DNA of 64,000 nt from Octopus bimaculoides (taxonomy: Eukaryota): assembly GCF_001194135.2 (NCBI RefSeq), contig NC_068982.1, positions 113,526,044 to 113,590,043 on the forward strand, given 5' to 3'. The translations under genes and the position numbers were made by a program. The notes below the pieces were generated by a model that saw only the letters and a program-made list of their open reading frames with translations, did not search any database and was not told the origin of the DNA. Positions 10,651 through 23,368 of the stretch are shown here, piece by piece. Position 1 is the stretch's first letter, and each line of letters starts with the position of its first letter.

Positions 10651-11815
10651 ACACAACCTTGTCTCTTGTTTCTGTTCCTACTCTAACAAAAACTACTCTC
10701 CCGAACATATTAATTACCACATTTAGTGTATCACACTCATTGCTTATTGTCATTCTCTGTCAATATATTTCATGTCAGCACCAAGCTTAACATGTAATCC
10801 TCCACTTCTCGGAGGAGACTATATATTTCTCTAGATTAATCTCTTCATTGTAGGATTACATTATTCAATGTAAAATTCGTTGTTTGCACATTCTACGATG
10901 AGTTCCCGAAAGAATATTTACATATTTATTCCTCACGTGTCTAAGCAGATTCAGACGCAAAATTTTCTGGGCACTGAATTTCTGTCTTAGATAGCAGTGT
11001 ATTCAACATATTCGTCTTGTTGGTCTCGTTTCAAACGTATGAAAGTAGTTTTCCCAAGCTGGCATAGATATCATGGTACACAAAACAAACATGAAGATGA
11101 AGTAAAAAAGAAAAAAGTGTATTAGGCTTAAGCTCAGGAAAATTAGGTTTAAATGTTTCACGCTTATAGTCTACAACAACAGAAAGCATAGGCGAGGAGA
11201 GAGAAAAAAAATAGAGAAAAAAGAATAAACGGATCTCAATTAGACGGTCATCTAATACTGAAATGACCAGAAGAGGAAGAAGTTGCCTAGTGACGTGGAT
11301 GGCAATGGAAGCAGCAGTGACCTGACATATGTGTGTGTGTGTGCATGAAGCAAAGACAACCACACATACACACTCACATCCATGTATGTATGTATGTATG
11401 TATGCATGTGTGTATGTATGCATGTATGTATGCATCCCATAGGCCCCTCTTCAAGCTTTCAGCCAATGCACTTTTCTTCTCTACACAAAACAGAAACAAA
11501 ATTACATTCTCAGAATCCGGTTGACTCAATTTTAGGCAACTTTATTAGTTCTTTTAGAGAACTTCATTAGTTCGCTTAGTTCACGTAATTTTGTAAGATG
11601 ATTCTCCCGATTCTTTCATTAACCATTTACCATTTATGTATCATAATGAATTTACCTTTTCTTTGTCTTCTTTCTATTGTTGGCGAATCCTTGTAGCATT
11701 CCAAAAACACCTGGTTGATATATTTTCGTAATTGGATATTTTTCCTTCAGCATCTTTTCATTCTAAATTATTTAACTTGGCATATAATTGAATAATGAAA
11801 ATATATTTTTATATT

Positions 11816-11864
<49 letters not shown>

Positions 11865-11998
11865 NNNNNNNNNNNNNNNNNNNNNNNNNNNNNNNNNNNN
11901 NNNNNNNNNNNNNNNNNNNNNNNNNNNNNNNNNNNNNNNNNNNNNNNNNNNNNNNNNNNNNNNNNNNNNNNNNNNNNNNNNNNNNNNNNNNNNNNNNN

Positions 11999-12031
<33 letters not shown>

Positions 12032-12745
12032 TATATTATTTGATTGGACACCACGCATCCATTTCCAAGTAAGTTTTTCTTAATTTTTTTGATGCGACTC
12101 TACTTTCTACTGTTTTCCCCCATCGTTTTCTCTCTCATCCTTTCTCTAATTCCCTTTTTTCTCCCCTTCACCGTTTTCTATCTGTCTCTTTCTCCCTCTC
12201 TTTCTCCTTTTTTCTCTCTCGTTGCTCACACGTAACCATCGTCCATCTTTCTTTTCCTCACGTAATCATCTTTCTTTACTTTCAGGACTGTCCTAAGGAC
12301 TGGACGTATTTTATCTCTCTCTTCTATCTTTTCTCTTTTCAAAGGAAATATTTCTCCAGCATTCGCTATTTTACTCTCGTTCTGGTCTAACGACCCTCCA
12401 TGTTTGTTTTCGTTCGGTTTCCTTGTATGTCGCCACTGTTCTGTTTTTGTTCCCAACTTTGACCCTCCATAAATCCCAAGTTTTATTTTGGTATTTGTGG
12501 GAGCAACTGTCTTCGTAGACTCATATTGTCGTTCAATGCTCGAAATGAGTAGATGGACATCCGACAACTGATGAAGGATTGTTCTTTATGTTACTTGTCC
12601 AGTTTTCCATTTGTTTCTCTCGTTGTTTGCGTATTGAACTCATTTGTTTTCGTATTTCAGGTTGTTTACTGTTGGTGACGCCCTGTACCCATATACGCAT
12701 ATGTATATGTGTGTGTGTGTATGAATATATATATATTATTTATAC

Positions 12746-12802
<57 letters not shown>

Positions 12803-13756
12803 NNNNNNNNNNNNNNNNNNNNNNNNNNNNNNNNNNNNNNNNNNNNNNNNNNNNNNNNNNNNNNNNNNNNNNNNNNNNNNNNNNNNNNNNNNNNNNNNNN
12901 NNNNNNNNNNNNNNNNNNNNNNNNNNNNNNNNNNNNNNNNNNNNNNNNNNNNNNNNNNNNNNNNNNNNNNNNNNNNNNNNNNNNNNNNNNNNNNNNNNNN
13001 NNNNNNNNNNNNNNNNNNNNNNNNNNNNNNNNNNNNNNNNNNNNNNNNNNNNNNNNNNNNNNNNNNNNNNNNNNNNNNNNNNNNNNNNNNNNNNNNNNNN
13101 NNNNNNNNNNNNNNNNNNNNNNNNNNNNNNNNNNNNNNNNNNNNNNNNNNNNNNNNNNNNNNNNNNNNNNNNNNNNNNNNNNNNNNNNNNNNNNNNNNNN
13201 NNNNNNNNNNNNNNNNNNNNNNNNNNNNNNNNNNNNNNNNNNNNNNNNNNNNNNNNNNNNNNNNNNNNNNNNNNNNNNNNNNNNNNNNNNNNNNNNNNNN
13301 NNNNNNNNNNNNNNNNNNNNNNNNNNNNNNNNNNNNNNNNNNNNNNNNNNNNNNNNNNNNNNNNNNNNNNNNNNNNNNNNNNNNNNNNNNNNNNNNNNNN
13401 NNNNNNNNNNNNNNNNNNNNNNNNNNNNNNNNNNNNNNNNNNNNNNNNNNNNNNNNNNNNNNNNNNNNNNNNNNNNNNNNNNNNNNNNNNNNNNNNNNNN
13501 NNNNNNNNNNNNNNNNNNNNNNNNNNNNNNNNNNNNNNNNNNNNNNNNNNNNNNNNNNNNNNNNNNNNNNNNNNNNNNNNNNNNNNNNNNNNNNNNNNNN
13601 NNNNNNNNNNNNNNNNNNNNNNNNNNNNNNNNNNNNNNNNNNNNNNNNNNNNNNNNNNNNNNNNNNNNNNNNNNNNNNNNNNNNNNNNNNNNNNNNNNNN
13701 NNNNNNNNNTTTTGGGATTTGGTTTGCAAGATTCTTTATGTGAGTTCGTGTATTGA

Positions 13757-13950
13757 AGCATATTCTGTTGTGGGGAGAGTCATTCTCTTTTAGTGCCTTA
13801 TAATTTAACACACTCACCAGTAAAATTTCCACTCATTTTCTTATCTACTTTTCTAAAATTTTCGTTGCGTCTTGCAACCGTTTCAATAGTTGTTGACTGT
13901 GTCCGTTATCCAAGCTGCGTTCTTTTTGTTTGTTTATGCGCACATGTATG
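13757..13950 (-). mobile_element. Left-arm copy of probable PLE pseudo-LTR repeat with variant hammerhead (13853-13889)
   Basis: Reverse complement of 16490-16670; this copy has core UUGAAAC (A9C). Confidence 0.75.
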
Positions 13951-13991
13951 TATGTATGTATGTATGTATGTATGTATGTATNNNNNNNNNN

Positions 13992-14025
<34 letters not shown>

Positions 14026-15376
14026 ATATGTGTGTGTATGTTTGCGTGTACACATGTTGTGAGGATGTTTGTGTGTTTACTGAAATGCAGGGCGTACATG
14101 TTTAAATAGATATATCATTTTAGCTTCCCTTTGAAAGAAAACCATTTCTGGAAAAAAAATTGGAATCTCACCAGGTTCTAATCTTGTTATAACTTCAACA
14201 GAGAAAAATTACACACATTTTTTTCAGATTATTGCAAAACACTATGCAATCAATTAATGTACATTGTCGGCATGCGTGCTGTTATGCAAATTAGGCAGAC
14301 CATGTTAACTATGTTTGTATATACTACAAATTGCTATAACCTATTTCGTTTTGGGATTTGGTTTGCAAGATTCTTTATGTGAGTTCGTGTATTGAAGCAT
14401 ATTCTGTTGTGGGGAGAGTCATTCTCTTTTAGTGCCTTATAATTTAACACACTCACCAGTAAAATTTCCACTCATTTTCTTATCTACTTTTCNNNNNNNN
14501 NNNNNNNNNNNNNNNNNNNNNNNNNNNNNNNNNNNNNNNNNNNNNNNNNNNNNNNNNNNNNNNNNNNNNNNNNNNNNNNNNNNNNNNNNNNNNNNNNNNN
14601 NNNNNNNNNNNNNNNNNNNNNNNNNNNNNNNNNNNNNNNNNNNNNNNNNNNNNNNNNNNNNNNNNNNNNNNNNNNNNNNNNNNNNNNNNNNNNNNNNNNN
14701 NNNNNNNNNNNNNNNNNNNNNNNNNNNNNNNNNNNNNNNNNNNNNNNNNNNNNNNNNNNNNNNNNNNNNNNNNNNNNNNNNNNNNNNNNNNNNNNNNNNN
14801 NNNNNNNNNNNNNNNNNNNNNNNNNNNNNNNNNNNNNNNNNNNNNNNNNNNNNNNNNNNNNNNNNNNNNNNNNNNNNNNNNNNNNNNNNNNNNNNNNNNN
14901 NNNNNNNNNNNNNNNNNNNNNNNNNNNNNNNNNNNNNNNNNNNNNNNNNNNNNNNNNNNNNNNNNNNNNNNNNNNNNNNNNNNNNNNNNNNNNNNNNNNN
15001 NNNNNNNNNNNNNNNNNNNNNNNNNNNNNNNNNNNNNNNNNNNNNNNNNNNNNNNNNNNNNNNNNNNNNNNNNNNNNNNNNNNNNNNNNNNNNNNNNNNN
15101 NNNNNNNNNNNNNNNNNNNNNNNNNNNNNNNNNNNNNNNNNNNNNNNNNNNNNNNNNNNNNGTGTGTGTACGTGTGCTTGTCTGTTCATATAACCTATGT
15201 ATCTATCCGTCTGTATGGCTATCTGCTTACTTTCATATCCATATGCCTACATACATGTGCATATACATATACACATACACATACATGCATACATCTATCT
15301 ACATAACAGCCCACTAACTATTCTACCTATATATAAATATAAATATAAACTGTAGGTATGGGGTTGTGATTATCTA

Positions 15377-15965
15377 CTACGTATATTTCCTATTTAGTAC
15401 TGGGGATGTTTCATTTATGAGGACGTACTCCTGTATTTGTCTGATTGTTGGGTCCTTTGGGTGCTTAGATAAAATGCGGATGTCAAGTTGACCCAGGTTG
15501 CCTCCATGTTGGTCCTTCGTATGTTGGTAGAATATCGAGGACTGTTTTTTGTCGTCATCTTGTCTCAAATGTTCATTTAGTCTTTCCGTAATGCTTCTAT
15601 GTATGTCCTGTTCATGTCTTTACAAGCACCTTCTATGCATCTTATGCTGTAGACTACATTTCTAGTTTTACAGTTAACGCCAGGGCTAATCCTACATACC
15701 ATGCAGTTATTATTAGTGCATATGTTATTCTCAGAGGGGTACGTCCTACATAGTTGTAATCTGATGGAGTTCCATGGCTTTTCAACAATCTTAATGTTGA
15801 GTTTGGTTTGGTTTGGTTTCATTCAGAGCTTTCCTAAATCTACGGGCTAGTTCTCCATGGGCTGTGGCCTCTACAATCACTCCTTGATATTTGTCGGTTT
15901 TATACCACGTGTTCACCCTGTTTGCTTTGTCACAAGCTCGTTGTATCTTATTCCAGCTTTTGCTT
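15377..15965 (-). mobile_element. Penelope-like element fragment: RT-EN linker, Zn-knuckle and GIY-YIG endonuclease, frameshifted
   Basis: ORF track pieces WYKTDKYQGVIVEATAHGELARRFRKAL / LNIKIVEKPWNSIRLQLCRTYP...CTNNNCMVC...CKTRNVVYSIRC...TYI / QSSIFYQHTKDQH...PTIRQIQEYVLINETSPVLNRK match C-terminal PLE endonuclease architecture. Confidence 0.85.
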
Positions 15966-16670
15966 CTATATCTGCATGTATGTGTGTATATATGTATATG
16001 TATATGCACATGTATGCAGGCATATGGATATGAAAGTAAACAGATAGACATACAGACGTATAAGTACATAGGTAGTATAAACAGACAAGCACACATACAT
16101 ACGCAAATGAAGACTGAAATACATGACCATATACACACACACTTCACTTCATACAAGGACACATATGGAGACACACGTCCACACATATGTAGATACACAT
16201 CCATTCATACAGATACAGTACAGAGTCACAAAAACCCATACATGCATACACACGGACACACTCAGACATACACGCACAAGGAGACAGACGTGCACACGCA
16301 AACACACACACACACACACATAAAAACATACAAACACTTGAATATGCAGAATACATGCATACAAACGTACACACATACATATATACATACGCACACACAC
16401 ATACATACATACATACATACATACAGGCATACACACACTCACATGCATGCCTACATACATATGTATGTGCAGACAGACTGACTCACACACATGCACACAA
16501 ACAAGCAAAAAGAACGCAGCTTGAGTCAACAACTTATTGAAAAGGTTGAAAGACGCAACGAAACTTTTAGAAAAATAAATAAGTAAATGAGTGGAAATTT
16601 TACCGGTGAGTGTGCTAAATTTTAAGGCACTAAAAGAGAATGATTTTCCGCAGACACAACAGAATATGCT
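15965..16670 (+). repeat. Right arm of large inverted repeat, with variant hammerhead copy at 16533-16570
   Basis: 15965-16105 is the approximate reverse complement of 15162-15295; 16490-16670 is the approximate reverse complement of 13757-13950. Confidence 0.82.
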
Positions 16671-16907
16671 ATAATCTATTTTATGAAAAGAATTTGGGTA
16701 GTGTCTTTCTGAAGATTTAACAAGACTAGAAACTAATTAGATCAGCCCCCTCTTTCGACGCACAGAGAAATAAAACCTAAAATATAACTACTTTTTATAT
16801 TTTCACATCGAGATTATTTTGCGTTTATTAAAAAAGGTATAATGATATTTTATATTAGTTATACAAGCTGTATAATGTACAATAAATATGATTTTGTTTA
16901 TGCATGT

Positions 16908-16951
<44 letters not shown>

Positions 16952-18384
16952 GTTTATATATGTATGTATGTATGTATGTAATGCACATAGATATATTAGC
17001 CTATGTTCAAAGCCCAGATGGAGAACCTGCGTTAAAAGCCTTTGCCTATTCCACTAGCTTTGACTTAAACGCCACAGGATTTGATACAATAAAAAGTGTT
17101 GTTGCTGAACAACTGATACAAAGAATTTATTTTGTTAGTAAGTTTGTGTAAAACCTTCCCCACTCTTTCTTCCTAATTGTATAACCTGAACTTCTGCAGA
17201 TTGCATTATGTAGCACGAAAGATGCATGTTATGGCTAACGAGATGAGGAACCCAAACAGATCAATGCTAATATCCCTTACGATCGCATTCTGCATTATAT
17301 GAGAAGCTCCCTTGTCACATATTGCCACATTGCTGAAGATTGTCTAATAATACCAAACATACACCAAAGTGAATAGCAGATACAAACCAAAATACATGAA
17401 TTAGCATATCTAACCGCAATGTGACGCATCACGCCACCTGCTGCTATGGTTAAGATTTCAGAAAATCTTTTCTCGGCTTTGGAAGCATAGGGTATAGAAA
17501 ACAACTTCCTAAGTGTTACTCATCTGGAAATCTTCCAATGAAATACTCACCACTCACCAACCCTCTGTGCGTACGTGTGTGTATGTATGTGTGTGTATGT
17601 GTGTGTGTGTGTGCGCGCGCGCATCCCTTTATTTTCTGAATGCATGTGCGCATGTGTGCGAGTGAATAACAGATGACACACAGAGTTCCAATATAACGTG
17701 TATTGTGTTAATGTGTATTGTGTTGATGTGGAAATGTGTGACATAATCGAATATTATTAGTCCATGATTCAACATCACATGTTTTCTATAAATAGGCTTT
17801 CTTTCAAAGCCGATACTAGAGAAGAAAACATTTATTATATAATTATTTCTCAACACTAGGTGCCTTTTGTTTGTAGCAAAAATAAAAATTGAAGTGAAGT
17901 ATAAACACATTTCATATCAAACACAGCAATTTTTTTTTTTTTTTTTTGATGAAGTGAATATATTAGGCGGTGGTGGCAGGGTCTCTTAATTATTTTATCA
18001 GAAGACAGCGAGTTGTCTCCATGATACTTTATATGTCTCCAAGGGTGGTAGAAGATGGATGGAAGATATACTCAGATCTTGACACTGTTTAAATATTTGC
18101 AATAGAGCGTTCTCCCAAGAGTATTCCCACGGGCCACGTGATGGTGTTAAAACCAGGCAACCAGATATCGGATTAAATCTACCGCCCAAGAATAAAAATG
18201 ATCTCATCAGACAAGATTCCATACAATTTCCGCCAAAAAAAATTTGATCTACCCAACGCCATGTAATGTTTGTTGAGCAGCCTCAAGTTAGAATTGGTCA
18301 ACAGAGAAAAGTGCTTCAGCTGCGATGATCTCATATATTTTTCCACCATATTAAATCAAGGCCTAAGTAATCAGTTATACCTTT

Positions 18385-18600
18385 CGGCGAGCTTGCAGAA
18401 TCGTTAGCACGCCGGGCGAAATGCCTAGCGGTATTTCCTCTGCCGTTACGTTCTGAGTTCAAATTCCGCCGAGGTCGACTTTGGTCGATAAAATAAGTAC
18501 CATTTATGCACTGGGGTCGATTTAATCGACTGAAACCCTTTGTCTGTCCTTGTTTGTTCCCTCTGTGTTTAGCATCCTGTGGACAATAAAGAAAGAAATT
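18385..18600 (+). mobile_element. tRNA-derived SINE family B, full length
   Basis: CGGCGAGCTTGCAGAATCGTTAGCACGCCGGGCGAAATGCCTAGCGGTATTTC...GTTCTGAGTTCAAATTCCGCCGAGGTCGACTTT with A-rich tail. Confidence 0.9.
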
Positions 18601-18659
18601 AAAAGGAGATTCAAATGCTATTTCTCACAGGTCAATAGATCACGCAAATGACCACTTAT

Positions 18660-19110
18660 TTCTGTAAGCAACAGCTTCTTTTTCTTCCCAGTCGATATTG
18701 TTTGAACACACCAATGACCAAAGGAATTCCAGCCACGCCATTATGTCTCTTATGTTTGTCTCTTATGTTTCTCTTATTATGTCTCTTATGTTTGTAGCCA
18801 TCTTTGTCGTCGCCTGTCCGTCGTAGTCGATCTTGGCTGTTCTGTTCAGTTCTCTGAACAAAATGCCTTTGGATTGTGAGTAAGGCAGTTGATGTCTCCC
18901 CCCCCCCGCCACCAGACTGCCTCTCTGGGGTCTCCCCACCAAGTTCCGTGTGGTGTACAAGAAGCATGGTTGACGATGAGGGTGTCCTGTGGCACTTTTT
19001 AGTTGGCGCCCGACCATTGTCTAATGGGATAGATCTTCTGCGTGGCCGCAATAACCTTCAAGCCACTAGACTCCTCCACCTTATCGGTTATCCAACGCCC
19101 TACTATTGAC
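18660..19110 (-). mobile_element. Decayed LINE (probably RTE-type) 5' region with N-terminus of APE endonuclease
   Basis: Minus frames give LYTTRNLVG, ILFRELNRTAKIDYDGQATTK and HNGVAGI (cf. GTWNVRTL, RELxRYKIDIxxLxETR, HGVGI). Confidence 0.55.
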
Positions 19111-19689
19111 GTCTTCACCGTTTCCCTAGGACGGGAGGCTAAATGGTTACTAGCACTTGCCCAAGGTGCCATCCCAGTTTATGGACAGAATAGTTACTTA
19201 CTCTCCCTTTTTACGGCCTGCCACTGGCGTGAGAGTCGTACCGTACCACTTTTGTAACCACTGTGTACACCGAATATTAGTACCCAAGTAGCCTTGCTTT
19301 TATGTAGAGTCCCAGGATATTTACCAGCTACTTCCAGCATGTTGGGCGACCATGTAGATTTTCCTTCATTGTTTCGTCATAGTGATCACTTGTAAATCAC
19401 AAGATTAATTTGATGAAATTTTTAAGACTGTATCACAGATGCTAATCATCCTGTGATGCTGTCGCAACTGATAGTTGAATCTAATATTTCTATCACTAAC
19501 ACGTGGAAATTTCTTCTCGGAATAAAACAATGGTGCTTTCGTTAAGAGGACTGACACCTCTCTTTTATAATAATTCCCATCATGTTATAACTTCTTTGTT
19601 TCTTGCCTTTAACCCTCCAACGCGAAGTATAGGCGACTTATAATTGAATCCCATGTCGCATAATTTTTCGCTTCTGTACTTATACTCTG

Positions 19690-20030
19690 ACATGAATGTC
19701 CCCCCCTTTTTCTAGTTCCTTTTGTGTTGATCTACGCCACGAGTTCTTAGCCTACCTCCTCTTTCTATATCTATCCGTATTCCACTGTAAAGCACTTTTC
19801 GCTGCATTTGGTGTGTCCTTTCTAATTGTGCTACCAATCCACTTCCACTTTTTCTTAAATATTTGCTCCCTAATCGAAACTTGATTCGTTCTTTGCCATA
19901 GCTCCATATTGCTTATGTGTTCGGACCATCTGATTTTAAGTATACTACGCAAGCACCTCTTGATGAATGATTGTATTTGCTTGACTTAACTGTTGTTCGC
20001 CATGTCTCAGCCCCATACAATAACCCCATA
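19690..20030 (-). mobile_element. RTE-clade LINE ORF 3' end
   Basis: LLYGAETWRTT..IQSFIKRCLRSILKIRWSEHISNMELWQRTNQVSIREQIFKKKWKWIGSTIRK...ALQWNTDRYRKRR is the typical RTE C-terminus. Confidence 0.92.
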
Positions 20031-20380
20031 CAATAACTGAATCATTGCAAATATATGTTTAATAAGAGTTCCATCAACAGTTATGTTCGGCTCAAACAAT
20101 ATGACTCGACCAACTACAAAGACATAATGCTAGAAAATATAGATATAATGATTTAGGTACAAGTTTAAGAAATTTTCAGAGAATTACCTTACTCAGTACA
20201 ATCGGCACTAATACCTCATTGTTACTTTTTTTTCACTGCCCTGGAAGAATGGAAGGCAAATTTGACCTCGGCCAAATTTGACCTTAAAATGTAGTGTCAA
20301 AAGCAATACTGTAAAACATTTCCTTTTTCCAAACCACTCGTGATTCTGCCAGTCCGCCATCTTATTCTGTGTAATAAAAC

Positions 20381-20600
20381 TTTCTACTATATGAACAAGG
20401 CCTGGAAATTGATGGTGAGAGCGCTAGCTAGTCGATTACAACGACCCCAGTGCATAATTGGTATTTATTTTACCGAACCCGAAAGGGGTGAAAGTCAAAT
20501 CCGACCTCGACGAAATTTGAACTCAGAACGCTAAGCCGGAAAAAATGCCGCTAAGCATTTTCCCCGGCATGCTAACGATTCTGCCAGTTCGCTGCCTTAT
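20381..20600 (-). mobile_element. SINE family B
   Basis: Reverse complement of family consensus. Confidence 0.88.
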
Positions 20601-22024
20601 TGTTCTACGTAATAATCATAACATTTATTCAATGATGTGACTGCATTATAGGAATTAGTTCAAATTTACTATAGATATGATGTATATACACCCTGTAACA
20701 GAATGTTGCACATTTCTTATTCTAATGTCTTCGAATGTATGCTTTTCATCTCATGTTGCATCTACCGTTATTTACGCTAATATTCATTGGTTTAACTCTT
20801 CCACAGATTGTTAATGCTGTCTTTTGATTTTGATTGTGATTCTTGCATTTTGTATAAAAATTTAGAAACTTTTCTTCTTTTGAAGTTCACATCAGCATTT
20901 TCTAGAGATAAAAGTTTTTGAAGTAATTAACCCACAAAGATGTCTTCAGATATGTGAAAGAAAATAATAGATGAGAGTAGATATGAAATATTGAAATTAG
21001 ATAACTTCATGACACTTAAAAATCAAAGATGTGATCACTGATAATATTTTCGCTAGTGTCTTCGGTAAAACTTAGCATGCTTTGTTTCGTTTCTCATTTT
21101 TGGTTTTGTTTTGTTATTGTCATTTTCCATCACAACCACTAAATCTATTGCTATCGTTATATTTTCTATCTGAAAAACACATATTATATATTCCATCTTC
21201 AAACGTAACATATTCTGTATTAGACAGGTTATGTGAAAGAACTTTTAATGTTCTCTTTAAAAAGTTATTGTTCAAGACCCAACAATAAATTTATGCCATG
21301 AATTTTTCATATGTTTGATGTTCAATAAGGATTATAATAAGGTACATAAATCTCACCTCAACAGATACAGTTGCAACCTACAACCATTCGATTGTTGTAA
21401 AATCTCCGGAAATTAAAGCAAGTGAATATACACTTACTCGGGGATTTGAACTCAACAGACTTAGCTTTATGAAAAACACTGGTTCAGCAGAGAACTGTAC
21501 TCGATGTAGCCCATAATTCATACATATTTACAACTAATTAGATTGAATCTTCGAAAGTTAATTTTTTGTGATACCCCTATCAGAGGATTCGATCCACCGA
21601 TCCATCACCTTGTAATCTGACACTGTTTACTCTGCAACTTGTGGTTTGTTATCAAAATTTTTCCCTAATTGAGATCATATTGATTTATCCTAAAGACATG
21701 GATTTGAGGAAGGGTAAAGTCAGTTAAATCAACCTCCGTACTTGACTGATACTTTATTTCACAGTATGATAGGCAAAATTAACGTCTGCAAGTTCTAAAC
21801 TCAGAACGTTGAAAACCCTAGTCTAGTACTGTAAAGTATCTTATCCAACTCTTTTAGTTGGTGTGCAATACAGAGATACTACTGACTTCTAATATAGACA
21901 CAAGATCTCATATCTGTGAAATGGATATAATCAATTAAATCAACGTCAGTGCTCAACGTCAGTGCTCAACGCCTTATAATATTGTGTCTTATATTTTACC
22001 GAATCTGCCAATGCAGTTTAACAT

Positions 22025-22230
22025 AATGGTTCCTGATTTAGGCACAAAGTCAACAATTTTGAAGGGAGAAGTTAGCCGACGCCATCGACCTCAGTACTTA
22101 ACTGGCACTTTATTTTGTCGACCCCGTAAGATGAAATATATAGTTGTCCTTAGCGTGATTTGAACTCAAAACGCAAAACTCAGGAAGAAATTTCCCACTC
22201 ACGTCTCTGGCGATTCTCTGAATCCACTGC
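22025..22230 (-). mobile_element. SINE family B, diverged
   Basis: GGCACAAAGTCAACAATTTT...TACTTAACTGGCACTTTATTTTGTCGACCCC...TTTGAACTCAAAACG. Confidence 0.8.
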
Positions 22231-23206
22231 AATTAACGTAATATTAGCATTATTCTAAGCATTGGCGTACTGCAATATAGAAATACTTTGCTAATAACTC
22301 TGAAATTAAACCGTGAATCCATTTAAGTTGACATAAGAAACAGCTTTTAAAAACGTAAGTTAGTTTAGTCAACTGAACCGAATTCATAATATAAGGTAAT
22401 TAATTACGAAACCCGCTCCAGAAACAAGAAGTCTGCACATGGGGTCCTTGAAATATTTCATCTCTGAAACTCTCGGAAGCATCCTTTTTTTTTTTTTTTT
22501 CATCTTCGATCAAATTTTAGGACTAAATCGCTGTAAATTTTAGTAGCTTATTATACTCATTCTATTAATCTAAAAATGAAACAGTTCTATTTTTCTCAAA
22601 AGTTAAATAATTTTCGGCTGTCATATTGTAATTGTAGTTAGATCCTTACAGATTGATTGGGGGTTTCTCTAATTCGTCTTTCACTAGAACAGGAACTTTT
22701 AAAAAGTGGTTATTGCAATAATATACAAATATTTAATGTCTCGTGTAACGGGCAGATTTCTGCATACTGGAAGCTAAAAGCTACACCCACACTTCAAAAC
22801 GTAAAGTGAAAGGATTACTGATAGGAAGTGTCTCCAATTAAAAGTCCTACGCAAAGGTGCTCATACGAATGAAGGCTAATTTATGCAATGACTACCAGTA
22901 CTTGTGTATTCCATGTTTTCTTTTCAGCGAAAATGGAGGTTTAACACAACATTCTTGTTTTTTTCACACTCAGCGATAGAAAATTTAGCTTTCAATGTTC
23001 TCTTTAAAATGTCGTTGTTCAAAGACAGCAATAATTTATTATTAGCTGCAGGTGACTAGACACTCATATATGTACGCCCAAGTAATCAAAGCTGCACAGG
23101 TGAAATCACAATGGCATTGTAGAACATTTGCATCCTGGGTGATGAAATTACCAAACAGGACAGTAAGAATGCTAGTAACCTTTCCATCTGTACAACTGGT
23201 ACCAGA

Positions 23207-23368
23207 CAGGGACGTAACTAGGATAAATGGCGCCCAGAAAAGCATCAAAATTGCGCCTCCACCCAACCCGTCACCAAAAAATGGAATCTCACATAGATAT
23301 GGCTTAATTACAAAATTATCTTTGGCAAAATTGCAGCGCTCGGGCCATGTACCTTAACTACGCCTCTG
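23207..23368. mobile_element. 162-bp hAT-like MITE
   Basis: Imperfect TIRs CAGGGACGTAACTAGG / CCTTAACTACGCCTCTG and 8-bp TSD GTACCAGA (23199-23206) / CTACCAGA (23369-23376). CAG start plus 8-bp TSD is typical of hAT. Confidence 0.7.

Noticed and set aside
12547-12580. Permuted hammerhead (GAAA...CTGATGA)
   Set aside because: Both core halves are present but I cannot build stem I or a convincing stem II in this copy.
18656-19051. 131-aa ORF as a host gene
   Set aside because: Overlapping frames show LINE endonuclease motifs and a short internal tandem repeat; better explained as a decayed LINE.
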